This document shows positions 40,398 through 49,510 of a stretch of DNA of 53,669 nt, in pieces (position 1 is the first letter of the stretch; each line of letters starts with the position of its first letter). The notes below the pieces were generated by a model. It saw only the letters and a list, made by a program, of their open reading frames with translations, was not told the DNA's origin and ran no database searches. This stretch comes from Myxococcales bacterium. Lineage in GTDB: Bacteria > Myxococcota > Myxococcia > Myxococcales > Anaeromyxobacteraceae. The stretch spans positions 1-53,669 of the forward strand of contig JBBQEB010000005.1 of NCBI GenBank assembly GCA_038320275.1, given 5' to 3'. A program made the translations under genes and the position numbers.

Positions 40398-41501
40398 CTA
40401 TTCCAGCCAGTCCTTCTCCCGCAGCTTCCGCGGCAGGTACTCCTCGGTGATGAACGAGATGCCTCTCCGCGAGAGCGCCTCCAGCTCGAACTTGAGCCCC
40501 GAGCGCAGCATCTCGCCGATCTCGTCCTGCCAGCGCTTCGCCGCGAACCAGGGATAGGCGAGCATCTGGCGTGCGCGCGCCTCGTCCCCCTCGTCCATCT
40601 TGATGGCCACGTTGGTCGGGAGCTCGTAGCGGTCCTTGTCGAAGGACGAGAGCCCGATGTAGCGCGCGTCGGGCACCGCCATGCGCATGGACTCGTACGC
40701 CAGGTTGATCGAGCCCTGCTTCATCACCGAGTAGATGTAGAAGCCCCACGGATCGTTGTCGACGAGCACGTACACGGGCAGTTTCAGCTCGGAGTGGAGG
40801 CGCTGCACCAGCCGGCGGACCCCGCGCGGCGGCTGGCCGCCGCCCTGGAGGATGATGCACTTCTCCCGCCTCCAGAACTTGTCCTCGTTGAAGCGCGTCC
40901 AGACGGCGTCCTTCTCGATGAGGAGGATGTACTCCGCCTCGTGCCGGGCGAACTGGATGACGTTCGCCTCCACGATGGAGGGCACCGCCCAGCCTCCCGA
41001 GCCCATGCGCCGCAGGTCGATGGTGTCCCCGGAATCGCGGATGGTGATGGGCCCGACCATGGAGCCCTTGCGCGAGGCGAAGAGGTGCAGCTCCTCGCGC
41101 AGGGCGTCGAGCGCCACCTCCAGATCCTCGATGATGGGGTCCGACTCGTCCTGCTCCTCGAAGGTGTTCCCCTTCGAGTCGCCGATGGTGTGCTTGGTGA
41201 TGTAGTAGAGGTCGCGGATGCTGGTGGTCTTCCCCGCCTCCACCAGCTCCTTGCAGGCCTCCGAGACGAGGAAGGTCTGCATGAACTTCTTCGCCATGGA
41301 GACGTTGAAGAAGTAGCGCTTCTGCTTCGCCTTCCCGAGCTCCACCAGCCGCCGCTTGGGGTTGAACTTCACGTTCGCCAGCGAGCGGATGGGGATCTCG
41401 ATGAAGGGGTTCTCGCCCTCCTTCACCGTCCGCATCACCGCCTCGGCGAGCTTCTCGATCTTCTCGGCCGTCCTCTTCGAGACCGCGTCCATCCTCGGCA
41501 T
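40398..41501 (-). CDS. top6A: DNA topoisomerase VI subunit A (Spo11-like)
   Basis: SIRDLYY catalytic Tyr, EQDESD, IEK, DNDPWG toprim, ELEAL. Confidence 0.95.
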   Translation of the reverse strand: MPRMDAVSKRTAEKIEKLAEAVMRTVKEGENPFIEIPIRSLANVKFNPKRRLVELGKAKQKRYFFNVSMAKKFMQTFLVSEACKELVEAGKTTSIRDLYYITKHTIGDSKGNTFEEQDESDPIIEDLEVALDALREELHLFASRKGSMVGPITIRDSGDTIDLRRMGSGGWAVPSIVEANVIQFARHEAEYILLIEKDAVWTRFNEDKFWRREKCIILQGGGQPPRGVRRLVQRLHSELKLPVYVLVDNDPWGFYIYSVMKQGSINLAYESMRMAVPDARYIGLSSFDKDRYELPTNVAIKMDEGDEARARQMLAYPWFAAKRWQDEIGEMLRSGLKFELEALSRRGISFITEEYLPRKLREKDWLE

Positions 41502-41504
41502 GGG

Positions 41505-43565
41505 CTACTCCGCCTCCTCGCGCCCGCTCCCGCGCGGCCGCCTCGACACCGTGTCGCTCGCCTCCTGCAGCGCGGCGTCGTCGGCCTGCAGGTCGTCGTG
41601 CGCGGTCACCTCGCGCGCCACCTTCAGGAACTCGCGCTTGATGGCGTCGCGCGAGCGGCCGGAGATCTTGCCCAGCGCCGTCGCCACCTCCTCGATGTAG
41701 AGCTCGAAGATGCTGCGGCGCTGCGCCTGGTAGTCGGCGTGCTGGCGCTTGCGGATGTGAGACGCGAGCTTGCGGCCGCACTCCTGGGCGGCGAGCTGAA
41801 TCTCGCGGATGATCTCCGGATAGTGCGCCACCGCCTCCTTCGACTCGCTGGTGAAGGGTACCCAGACGCTCGCCACGTGGACGAGGAGCGCCATGGGGCC
41901 CACCGGCAACGAGCCCTTGGGCTGCGCGAGGAGGTAATTGCGCCAGTCGGTCTTCACCACGGCGTCGGTGATGCCGCAGGCGCTCCGCTGGAAGAGGAGG
42001 GGCACCCGGTTCGCGAAGCGGAAGAGCTCCACCGGCTTGTCGGCCGGCCAGGACCCGCCATAGGCGAGCCCCACCTCCACCTGGAAGGGGTTGCCACGGT
42101 ACACCTTGGGTGGACGGGTGACGGTCGCGATGAAGTAGTTGTGGCCCTTGATCTTCTCGACGCCCTCCTCGGGCGGAGCGTCGGGCACCACGGGCGCGGC
42201 GGCCTTGGCCTGCTTCTCCTTCCGCGTCGCCTTCTTCTTGCCCGCCCCGTCGAGATCGAGCTGCGTCTCCTCCTCCGGCCCCTCCGTCTCGATGACGTGG
42301 AGGAAGCTCACGAGCCCCTTCTTCATGAGCGCGTCGCCGATGGGTGAGAGGCAGTTGGTGGGCGGCGCCATGATGCGCGTGGCGGCGATCGCTTTTTGCA
42401 GCCGCTCTGCCAGGGCGCGGTCCTCGGAGAGATGGCGCGGGCGCGCCCGGCCGCCCAGCGCTGCCCGCTCCAGGATCTCGTCGGCGACCGCCGCGGAGAC
42501 GCGGCTGAAGGACGTCTGGAGGAAGCCCTTCAAGTCGCGGCTCTTCGACTCGGCCGCCATCAGCATGAGCGCGCCCAGCTCCACGCCGTGCGGGTGCGGG
42601 CGGATCTCGAGCGCCTCCTTGGGCAGCTCGCCGGTGGCGCGGGGAAAGGTGAGCCGCTCCTGCCTCGGCCGCAGGTAGTGGAGCGTGGCGTGCGGGTTCG
42701 CGAGAGCGGTGTGCTCCACGTAACGGTTCACGAAGCGCTGCCCCTGCTGCCAGCTCGCCACGATCTCCAGCTCGACGCGGGTGCCGTGATCCTGGTGCCA
42801 GTCCGGGAGCTCGTCGTCGCGAGCCACCACGGGGTCGTTCTTGCGCGTGTCGATCTGGATCTCGAAGAAGTGAGCCGGCTTCGCCCTGGCGGTGCGGCTC
42901 GTGACGCGGATGGGGCTGCCGGTGGTGAGCTGGCCGTACATGGCGGCGGCGCTGATGCCGATACCCTGCTGGCCGCGCGACTGCTTCAGGCGGTGGAACT
43001 TGGAGCCGTAGAGGAGCTTGCCGAAGATCTTCGGGGCCTGCGCCTTCACGATGCCGGGGCCGTTGTCCTCCACCACCACCACGAAGCGGCCTTCTCCCTT
43101 GGTGAGCTCGCCCCCCTGCGCCTCGAAGGCGACGTCGCGCACCTCGATGGTGATCTCGGGCAGGATGCCCGCCTCCTCGCAGGCGTCGAGGGAGTTGTCG
43201 ACCGCTTCCTTGATGGTGGTGAGGAGCGCCTTGGACGGATTGTCGAAGCCGAGCAGATGCCGGTTCTTGGTGAAGAACTCCGAGATGGAGATCTCGCGCT
43301 GCTTGCCCGCCATCTGCTCGGCGGTGGCGCGCCGCCGGGGCACGCGTTCTGGCGGCTGCTCCTCGGACCGCGGCGCCACCGGCACCTCGGCGGCCAGTTC
43401 CGATGGGTCCGTCTCCGATGCGGGCGAGCGCCCGGTCGTTTCGCGAGCCTTTCGCCCCTCCCTGACCTGCGGCAGCGCGACCAGCTCGAGCTGCCCCACC
43501 GGCGCGGCTTCCGACCCCGCCGCCCGCGCCCCGCCCCGCCTCGCCTTCCCCACCTTCGCCGCCAT
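41505..43565 (-). CDS. top6B: DNA topoisomerase VI subunit B
   Basis: EFFTKNRHLLGF, KEAVDNSLDA, DNGPG, SRGQQGIG, RFANRVPL, VPFTSESKEA. Confidence 0.95.
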   Translation of the reverse strand: MAAKVGKARRGGARAAGSEAAPVGQLELVALPQVREGRKARETTGRSPASETDPSELAAEVPVAPRSEEQPPERVPRRRATAEQMAGKQREISISEFFTKNRHLLGFDNPSKALLTTIKEAVDNSLDACEEAGILPEITIEVRDVAFEAQGGELTKGEGRFVVVVEDNGPGIVKAQAPKIFGKLLYGSKFHRLKQSRGQQGIGISAAAMYGQLTTGSPIRVTSRTARAKPAHFFEIQIDTRKNDPVVARDDELPDWHQDHGTRVELEIVASWQQGQRFVNRYVEHTALANPHATLHYLRPRQERLTFPRATGELPKEALEIRPHPHGVELGALMLMAAESKSRDLKGFLQTSFSRVSAAVADEILERAALGGRARPRHLSEDRALAERLQKAIAATRIMAPPTNCLSPIGDALMKKGLVSFLHVIETEGPEEETQLDLDGAGKKKATRKEKQAKAAAPVVPDAPPEEGVEKIKGHNYFIATVTRPPKVYRGNPFQVEVGLAYGGSWPADKPVELFRFANRVPLLFQRSACGITDAVVKTDWRNYLLAQPKGSLPVGPMALLVHVASVWVPFTSESKEAVAHYPEIIREIQLAAQECGRKLASHIRKRQHADYQAQRRSIFELYIEEVATALGKISGRSRDAIKREFLKVAREVTAHDDLQADDAALQEASDTVSRRPRGSGREEAE

Positions 43566-43653
43566 CGCGGTGCTCCCCGAGCGATATCGCCGGTTTGGCT
43601 CTAGCACGCGGGAGGGGCCGAGGCGAGAAAGGCAGCCTGTGCCGCGGCAGCGA

Positions 43654-43701
43654 GGTGGGGCCCCCGCCAGCTTCGTTCGACGGGGCGGGCAGCATGTCCC
43701 G
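43654..43701 (+). repeat. REP-like dispersed repeat, copy 1
   Basis: GGTGGGGCCCC..G...CGGGGCGGG-CAGCATG.CCCG shared with 45152-45198. Confidence 0.6.
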
Positions 43702-43741
43702 CTGATTTGACGGGCGCTTTGCGGTGCCTATGTTCTCGCGC

Positions 43742-44665
43742 ATGGCCTGGTCCGAACCGAACGCGGAACGCCGCACCCACTTCGTCTCCTCGGGTGTAGG
43801 TCGCAACTACGCGAAGACCGCGATGCTGATGGCGTTCCTCATCGCCGTGCTGGCCATGGGCGGCGGAGCGCTGGGCGGGTACCCCGGCATGCTGCTGTTC
43901 GGCGTGATCGGCCTCGTCTTCAACTTCTTCTCGTACTGGTTCTCGGACCGGATCGCGCTCGCCATGCACCGCGCCCAGGAGGTCTCGCGCGAGCAGCTTC
44001 CCCAGGTCTACGACATCGTGGAGCGGCTGACGCAGCGGGCGGGCATGCCCATGCCGAAGGTGTACGTCATCCCGTCCGACACGCCCAATGCGTTCGCCAC
44101 TGGGCGGAGCCCGTCGCACGCGGCGGTGGCCGTGACGCAGGGGATCCTGCGGCTCATCGACGCCCGCCAGCTCGAGGGCGTGCTGGCGCACGAGCTCACC
44201 CACGTCCGCAACCGGGACGTGCTCATCTCCACCATCGCCGCGGCGGTGGCGGGTCTCATCAGCACGCTCGGCCACGCCGTGCAGTGGGGCGCCATGCTGG
44301 GCGGCTTCTCGCGGCGTGACGGCGAGGATCGCGGCGGCGGGCTCATCGAGATGCTGGCCTGGGCCATCGTCGCACCGCTCATCGCGCTGGTGGTGCAGCT
44401 CGCGGTGTCCCGCTCGCGCGAGTTCGCGGCGGACGCCGGAGGCGCCGAACTGATGGGCGATCCGGAGCCCCTGGCGCAGGCGCTCCTCGCGCTGGAGCGC
44501 GGGAACGTGGCGCTTCCCTACCAGTACGGCGGGCCCGCCACCTCGCACCTCTTCATCGTCCATCCCTTCAGCGGGATGGGAGGCAAGATGGCGAGCCTCT
44601 TCTCGACGCACCCGCCGGTCGAGGAGCGCGTCCGGCGCCTCCGCGAGATGCGGGGCGTGCGGTAG
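43742..44665 (+). CDS. htpX: Membrane zinc metalloprotease HtpX (M48)
   Basis: PNAFATG, AHELTH, SRSREFAAD, STHPP; start approximate. Confidence 0.93.
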   Translation: MAWSEPNAERRTHFVSSGVGRNYAKTAMLMAFLIAVLAMGGGALGGYPGMLLFGVIGLVFNFFSYWFSDRIALAMHRAQEVSREQLPQVYDIVERLTQRAGMPMPKVYVIPSDTPNAFATGRSPSHAAVAVTQGILRLIDARQLEGVLAHELTHVRNRDVLISTIAAAVAGLISTLGHAVQWGAMLGGFSRRDGEDRGGGLIEMLAWAIVAPLIALVVQLAVSRSREFAADAGGAELMGDPEPLAQALLALERGNVALPYQYGGPATSHLFIVHPFSGMGGKMASLFSTHPPVEERVRRLREMRGVR

Positions 44666-45151
44666 GGCAGGCCCGGGCATCCGTTCACGCGTGGCATCGC
44701 GCATCACCCGCGCGACTCCCGCTTCCGGTCACTCCGACGTGATCCAAAGAGGAACGGCTTCGCCACGCCCGCGCCGGTCCGGGGTCACCGTCGCCGCTGC
44801 GCTCCGCCGCGACCACGGCACGCATGGCGTCGGAGCGCTCCCAAGTGACGCGCACGCTGCGCTGCCGTAACTCGCTCGCTTGCGGTTCCCAAGACGCGGC
44901 GGCGCTGGTCAGGGCGCTCGCTCAGACAGACGGCAGCGCGACACAGGGGCACGCATGGCGCTCCGCCGCTGTCGGGGTACGCTCGTGCGCGGCTCCGCAA
45001 GGCGGCTCGGGCGACCTCCGGCCCGGCGCTCGATTCCAGAGCTTCCCGCCACGCGGTGCTGCCGCGGGAGGGTTCCCAGCGAAGCTGGGGAGGGCGGAGC
45101 CCTCCAGGCAGGGACAGCGAGCGAAGCGAGCGTGGGCCCCTGCGAGCGGAG

Positions 45152-45198
45152 GGTGGGGCCCCGACGGCTCCGCCGGCGGGGCGGGGCAGCATGCCCCG
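45152..45198 (+). repeat. REP-like dispersed repeat, copy 2
   Basis: Similar to 43654-43701; abuts the stop of a convergent gene. Confidence 0.6.
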
Positions 45199-45612
45199 TT
45201 ACAAGGTACAGCTCGCCGGCCCGCCTGCCTGGGCGGTGACGCTGGTCTGTCCGGCGCCCGAGGCCGTCGTGTAGAGCACGTTGTAGGTCACACCGGCGGT
45301 GAGCGGCTGGTCGAGCGTGCAGGTCACCGGCGAGATGCTGCAGGCGGTGGCGCAGCCGGTGTTGTTCTGGCACTGCTGCACCACCGAGTCGAGGTGGATC
45401 TCGTTGTTGGGCCGCACCTCGCCGGTGCAGGTCGGGGCGGTGTCCGCGCAGGCCGGGCAGAGGCGGAGGCTGATGGTGGCGGCCTGGCTCGCCGCGATGA
45501 TGCTGCAGCCGTTGGTGACGTCATTCACCGGGGTGGCGGCGGTGGAACAGGTCTCGCCGCAGCCGGCGATCGCGATGAGGGCGGCGGGTACGAGAGCGAA
45601 CAGTCGCTTCAT
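45199..45612 (-). CDS. Cys-rich lipoprotein
   Basis: GGAGG RBS, lipobox IAGC, many Cys. Confidence 0.75.
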   Translation of the reverse strand: MKRLFALVPAALIAIAGCGETCSTAATPVNDVTNGCSIIAASQAATISLRLCPACADTAPTCTGEVRPNNEIHLDSVVQQCQNNTGCATACSISPVTCTLDQPLTAGVTYNVLYTTASGAGQTSVTAQAGGPASCTL

Positions 45613-45671
45613 GATGTCCTCCAAGGGTGGTCTGGAGCGGGACGGATGAGCGCCGCCCGCCATTCAAGCGG

Positions 45672-46700
45672 TCAGGGGTTGAGGACGACCTTACCGAACT
45701 GGGCGCGGTCTTCCAGGAGCTTCTGGGCTGCCGCCGCCTCGGCGAGCGGCATGATACGGTCCAGCACCGGGCGCAGCTTTCCGGCCTCGACCAGCGCCAG
45801 CACCTGGAAGAGCTCGCCCTTCGATCCCATGGTGGAGCCCAGGATGGAGAGGCTCCGGTAGAAGACGTGCCGGAGGTCGGTGGGCGGGTCGTACCCCGTG
45901 GTCGCCCCCACCGTCACCACCCGTCCGCCGCGCGCGAGCGACAGCAGTGACTTCTCCCAGGTGGCCTTCCCCACGTGCTCGAACACCACGTCGACTCCGC
46001 GCTTGGCGGTGATGCGCCGCACCTCAGCCTGAAAGTCCTTCGAGCTGTAGTTGATGGCGTGGTCGGCGCCGAGCGCGAGCCCACGCTCGCACTTCTCGTC
46101 CGATCCGGCGGTTGTGATGACCGTGGCGCCGAGCAGCTTCGCGATCTGGATCCCGGCCACGCCGACGCCGGAGCCGGCAGCGTGCACGAGCACCGTCTCT
46201 CCCGCCCGGACCTGCGCCCGGGCGACCAGCGCGTGCCAGGCGGTGAGGAAGGTGAGCGGGACGCAGGCCGCCTCGTCGAAGGAGAGGTTCTTCGGCTTGG
46301 GCACGACGTTCTGGGCCGGGACCGCCACGCGCTCGGCGTAGCCGCCGGAGCGGTGCTCGCCCAGGATGGAGTAGTCGCGGCACATGGTGTCGTCGCCGGA
46401 GAGGCACGCCTCGCAGCGGCCGCAGGAGAGCCCGGGGTTCACCACCACCTCGTCTCCCACGGCGACCCCGCGCACGCCCGGCCCCACCGACTCCACCACG
46501 CCGGCGACGTCCGCGCCGAACACGTGGGGGAAGGTGAGCTTGAGCCCCGCCCAGCCCTCGCGCACCCAGACGTCCAGGTGGTTCAAGGCCACCGCCTTCA
46601 CCCGCACCACCACGCCGCCCGGACCCGCCTCCGGATCCGGGAGGTCCTCCAGCCGGAGGACGTCGAGCCCTCCGTGCGCCCGCATCGCGATCGCCTTCAC
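45672..46700 (-). CDS. Zn-binding MDR (quinone oxidoreductase-like) dehydrogenase
   Basis: LNHLD, CGRCEAC, AAGSGVG, GKVVL. Confidence 0.9.
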   Translation of the reverse strand: MKAIAMRAHGGLDVLRLEDLPDPEAGPGGVVVRVKAVALNHLDVWVREGWAGLKLTFPHVFGADVAGVVESVGPGVRGVAVGDEVVVNPGLSCGRCEACLSGDDTMCRDYSILGEHRSGGYAERVAVPAQNVVPKPKNLSFDEAACVPLTFLTAWHALVARAQVRAGETVLVHAAGSGVGVAGIQIAKLLGATVITTAGSDEKCERGLALGADHAINYSSKDFQAEVRRITAKRGVDVVFEHVGKATWEKSLLSLARGGRVVTVGATTGYDPPTDLRHVFYRSLSILGSTMGSKGELFQVLALVEAGKLRPVLDRIMPLAEAAAAQKLLEDRAQFGKVVLNP

Positions 46701-46720
46701 GCCTTCACCTCCGGTTGGGG

Positions 46721-47143
46721 TCAGAAGAAGTAGGGCTGGCCGCCCGCGAAGCGGGTGGCGCAGACCTGCGAATCGTCCACGTAGCCGCCCGGGGGGCCGG
46801 GCGAGTAGGCCTCGCACACGTAGAGGCAGTTGCCCGCGTTGCAGAGCGCGTCGTCGTTGGCGAGCCACTGCCAGTAGCGCCGGCAGAGCTCCTGCCCGTC
46901 CTGGCCGCAGGGCGGCTTTCCGTTCACCTGGTAGCCCGTGCTGCAGCTCACGATCCCGGAGACGGAATTGGGGATGAACCCGAAGTCGTCCGAGGCCTGG
47001 CTCACCGTCTCGCGGTCTCGCGCGATGCGGTCGCAGGTGGCGTGGCGCTCGTCGTAGAGCTCGTGCTCCTTGCTCTTCCCGCAGGCCGCCAGCCCGAGGA
47101 GCGCGAAGAGCATGACCGTCCACCTGTGCCTCACCTTCCCCAC
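46721..47143 (-). CDS. Cys-rich lipoprotein, hypothetical
   Basis: LAAC lipobox, multiple Cys; start may be 47113. Confidence 0.7.
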   Translation of the reverse strand: MGKVRHRWTVMLFALLGLAACGKSKEHELYDERHATCDRIARDRETVSQASDDFGFIPNSVSGIVSCSTGYQVNGKPPCGQDGQELCRRYWQWLANDDALCNAGNCLYVCEAYSPGPPGGYVDDSQVCATRFAGGQPYFF

Positions 47144-47191
47144 TTATCGCACCTCCGCCCGCCTTGCCACGGCGCGAGCCGTCCTGCTTGG

Positions 47192-47743
47192 ATGCTCTCC
47201 GTGGCGGAGCTCGAGCGCATCGCAGTCCTGGGAACGGGTGAGGAGGGATGCCTCCTCGCGGTGGCGGCGTCGGTCGCCGGCTGTGCGGTGCGCCTGCACG
47301 GCGATGACTCCGCCACGCTCGATCGCGCCCAGGAGACCGTTCGCCTGGCAGTGGAAGCGCAGCTGCGCTCCGGCCGCCTCGGGCCCGCCGACCGGCAGCG
47401 CGCGCTCGACGGCATTTTCACCACCACAGATCTCCTGGAGGCGGTGACGCACGCCGACCTCGTCCTCGTCGCTGGCGAAGGGCCGGGCTCCACCCACGCG
47501 CTCGTCCATCGCCTCGGCGAGAGCTGCCGGGCCTCTGCCATCGTGGCCGCGCGCGGGGGCCCTTCGGAGGAATTGGCGGCACTGCTTCCCTCCCCCGGCC
47601 GCCTCCTCGGCCTCTGCTGCCCGCGGGCGGGAGACGAGCTCATCGAGCTCTCCGCCGGGCCCGGCACGCCTGGCCACGTCCGCGAGCGAGCCGGGCGGTT
47701 CTCGGCGCGACTCGCTCGCGGGAGCGCTGCCCGGCGCTCCTGA
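47192..47743 (+). CDS. 3-hydroxyacyl-CoA dehydrogenase NAD-binding-domain protein (degenerate, no C-terminal domain)
   Basis: IAVLGTGEEG Rossmann-like, TTDLLEAVTHADLV. Confidence 0.7.
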   Translation: MLSVAELERIAVLGTGEEGCLLAVAASVAGCAVRLHGDDSATLDRAQETVRLAVEAQLRSGRLGPADRQRALDGIFTTTDLLEAVTHADLVLVAGEGPGSTHALVHRLGESCRASAIVAARGGPSEELAALLPSPGRLLGLCCPRAGDELIELSAGPGTPGHVRERAGRFSARLARGSAARRS

Positions 47744-47805
47744 GGGTACGAAGGCCTGCGGCGAGCGCCGCGGCCGGCTAGTTCACCTGACACAGGAGGT
47801 GGACC

Positions 47806-48303
47806 ATGCACGGACTGCTCGCGATGATCCTGGGCGCCACGCCGTTGAAGGTGGGCGACCGGGCACCGGACTTCAGCCTCACCGACACCCAGGGGAGCGA
47901 GGTGACGCTCTCCGCCACGCTCGCGAAGGGGCCGGTCATCCTCTTCTTCTTCCCCAAGGCCTTCACGGCGGGTTGAACACGCCAGACCACAGCGTACCGG
48001 GACCGGTATGCCGACGTGCAGAAGAAGGGGGCGCAGGTGATGGGCATCTCCACCGACGACCGCGACACGCTGCGGCGGTTCAAGGAGGAGACCAAGGCGC
48101 CCTTTCCGCTCCTCTCCGACCGCGATGGCTCGGTGTCGAAGAAGTTCGCGGGCCTCATGCCCATCCCTGGGGTGAACGTGGCCAAGCGGGCCAACATCGT
48201 CATCGACCGCGACGGGACGGTGAAGGAGGTCGTCACCGGTAGCGACGCGGTGGACCCGTCGTCGGCGGTCAGCGCCTGCCCGACCCACGGCGGCGGCTCG
48301 TGA
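47806..48303 (+). CDS. Selenocysteine-containing peroxiredoxin (BCP/PrxQ family), Sec57
   Basis: [19 protein letters not shown]...[12 protein letters not shown](47974-47976)-TRQ continues in frame to GIS.D and FPLLSD; TGA sits at the peroxidatic Cys position. Confidence 0.9.
47992..48011 (+). promoter_or_regulatory. Putative bacterial SECIS hairpin
   Basis: GCGUACCG-GGAC-CGGUAUGC, 8-bp stem starting 16 nt after UGA. Confidence 0.7.
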
Positions 48304-48533
48304 GCCCGTCCGGCCTTCTCTCGCGCGCCCGGGGCATCCTCTCGCGCGCGCTGCTGGGCGTCTCGGCGGAGGAGATCCGCTACACCTTCGAGGATGTTCG
48401 CGCGGAGCTGCGGTCCACCCGGGCCGAGCTCGGATCCGAGCTGACCGCGCTCCGCCGCGCCGTGGAGCGGCTGGAGGCGGACGAACCGGTCCCGCCCCGC
48501 GTCGAGCGCCCGCGACCTCCTGCGCCCATGTGA
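48300..48533 (+). CDS. Small coiled-coil hypothetical protein
   Basis: GTGA overlap with Prx stop; heptad pattern. Confidence 0.6.
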   Translation: MSPSGLLSRARGILSRALLGVSAEEIRYTFEDVRAELRSTRAELGSELTALRRAVERLEADEPVPPRVERPRPPAPM

Positions 48534-48552
48534 ACGGCGGCGGCGACGAGGG

Positions 48553-49470
48553 TCAGGCGTCGCGCTCGGTCGCAAGGACGCGCCGAACCACCGCTTCGCC
48601 GCCGTCGCCCACCCCGACGGCGAGCCGCTCGCCGGCGCTCCAGTGCGCCCGCCGAAGGTATCCGAGCCCGACCCGGCCGCCCCCGGGCACGTCGACGGCG
48701 CTCGTCACCAGGCCCACCTCCCGCTCCCCCGCGAAGAGGCGCGCCCCTGGCGCGGCGCCCGCTGGCAGGTCGAGCTGCACCAAGCCCTTCTGGATCTGTC
48801 CCCGGAATGTGCCGCGCAGGACGACCTCCTGCCCGAGGTAGCAGCCCTTGTCGAAGCTCACGGCAGAGGCCACCAGCCCCGCCTCCATGGGCAACCGGGC
48901 GGCGTCCACGTCCACGCCGTAGCGCGGGATCCCGCCCAGCACGCGCAGCACCTCCAGATCCCCCTCCTCCAGCGCCGCTGCACCAGCCGTCACCAGCGCC
49001 CTCCGGGTCCCCTCGGCGTCGGCCGCAGGGAGGAGGAGGCTCCAGCAGGGTGCGCCGCGGCGGGCGTCGGGCCAATGCACGCCCTCTCCTGTTGGCGGAA
49101 GGGGCGCACCGGCCTGCCCGAACGCCAGCAAGAGGCGCCAGGCCACGGACTGGTCCTCCACCGCCACGCTGTCCATCACCACGAAGCGGTCGAGGTGCTC
49201 GCCCAGCGCAGCGGCGCGGCCTGGCCCGACCACCGCGAGGACGTCCTCCGTCCGGACCAGCAGCGCCGCGTCGAAGAGGACGTGCCCCTTGGCGTCGAGG
49301 AAGACGGCGTGCTGGGCCGCTCCAGGGAGCGCCTTGCTCACGGCCTGGGTGCACATGCGATGCAGGAAATCGAGCCGGTCTCCGCCCGTCACCTGGAGGA
49401 CGCCCACCGCGAGCACGGGGCTCACCGCTGCCCCGCCTCGAGCCGCGCCCAGCCGCTCTGCCTGCGTCAT
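48553..49470 (-). CDS. ygfZ: Folate-binding YgfZ/GcvT-family protein
   Basis: KGCYLGQE signature. Confidence 0.9.
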   Translation of the reverse strand: MTQAERLGAARGGAAVSPVLAVGVLQVTGGDRLDFLHRMCTQAVSKALPGAAQHAVFLDAKGHVLFDAALLVRTEDVLAVVGPGRAAALGEHLDRFVVMDSVAVEDQSVAWRLLLAFGQAGAPLPPTGEGVHWPDARRGAPCWSLLLPAADAEGTRRALVTAGAAALEEGDLEVLRVLGGIPRYGVDVDAARLPMEAGLVASAVSFDKGCYLGQEVVLRGTFRGQIQKGLVQLDLPAGAAPGARLFAGEREVGLVTSAVDVPGGGRVGLGYLRRAHWSAGERLAVGVGDGGEAVVRRVLATERDA

Positions 49471-49510
49471 GGACCGGGAGTAATGCCGCTCGCCCTCGCG
49501 CGCCCCCGCG

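Noticed and set aside
40353..43806. Long alternative ORFs (664 aa +, 1137 aa -) over top6AB, and similar Arg/Pro/Ala-rich ORFs elsewhere
   Set aside because: Shadow frames caused by high GC; the real genes have clear motifs in other frames
48016..48303. 95-aa ORF-track protein as a complete gene, or Prx as a pseudogene
   Set aside because: It is the C-terminal part of the Sec-Prx; the TGA at the catalytic site plus the hairpin favours recoding
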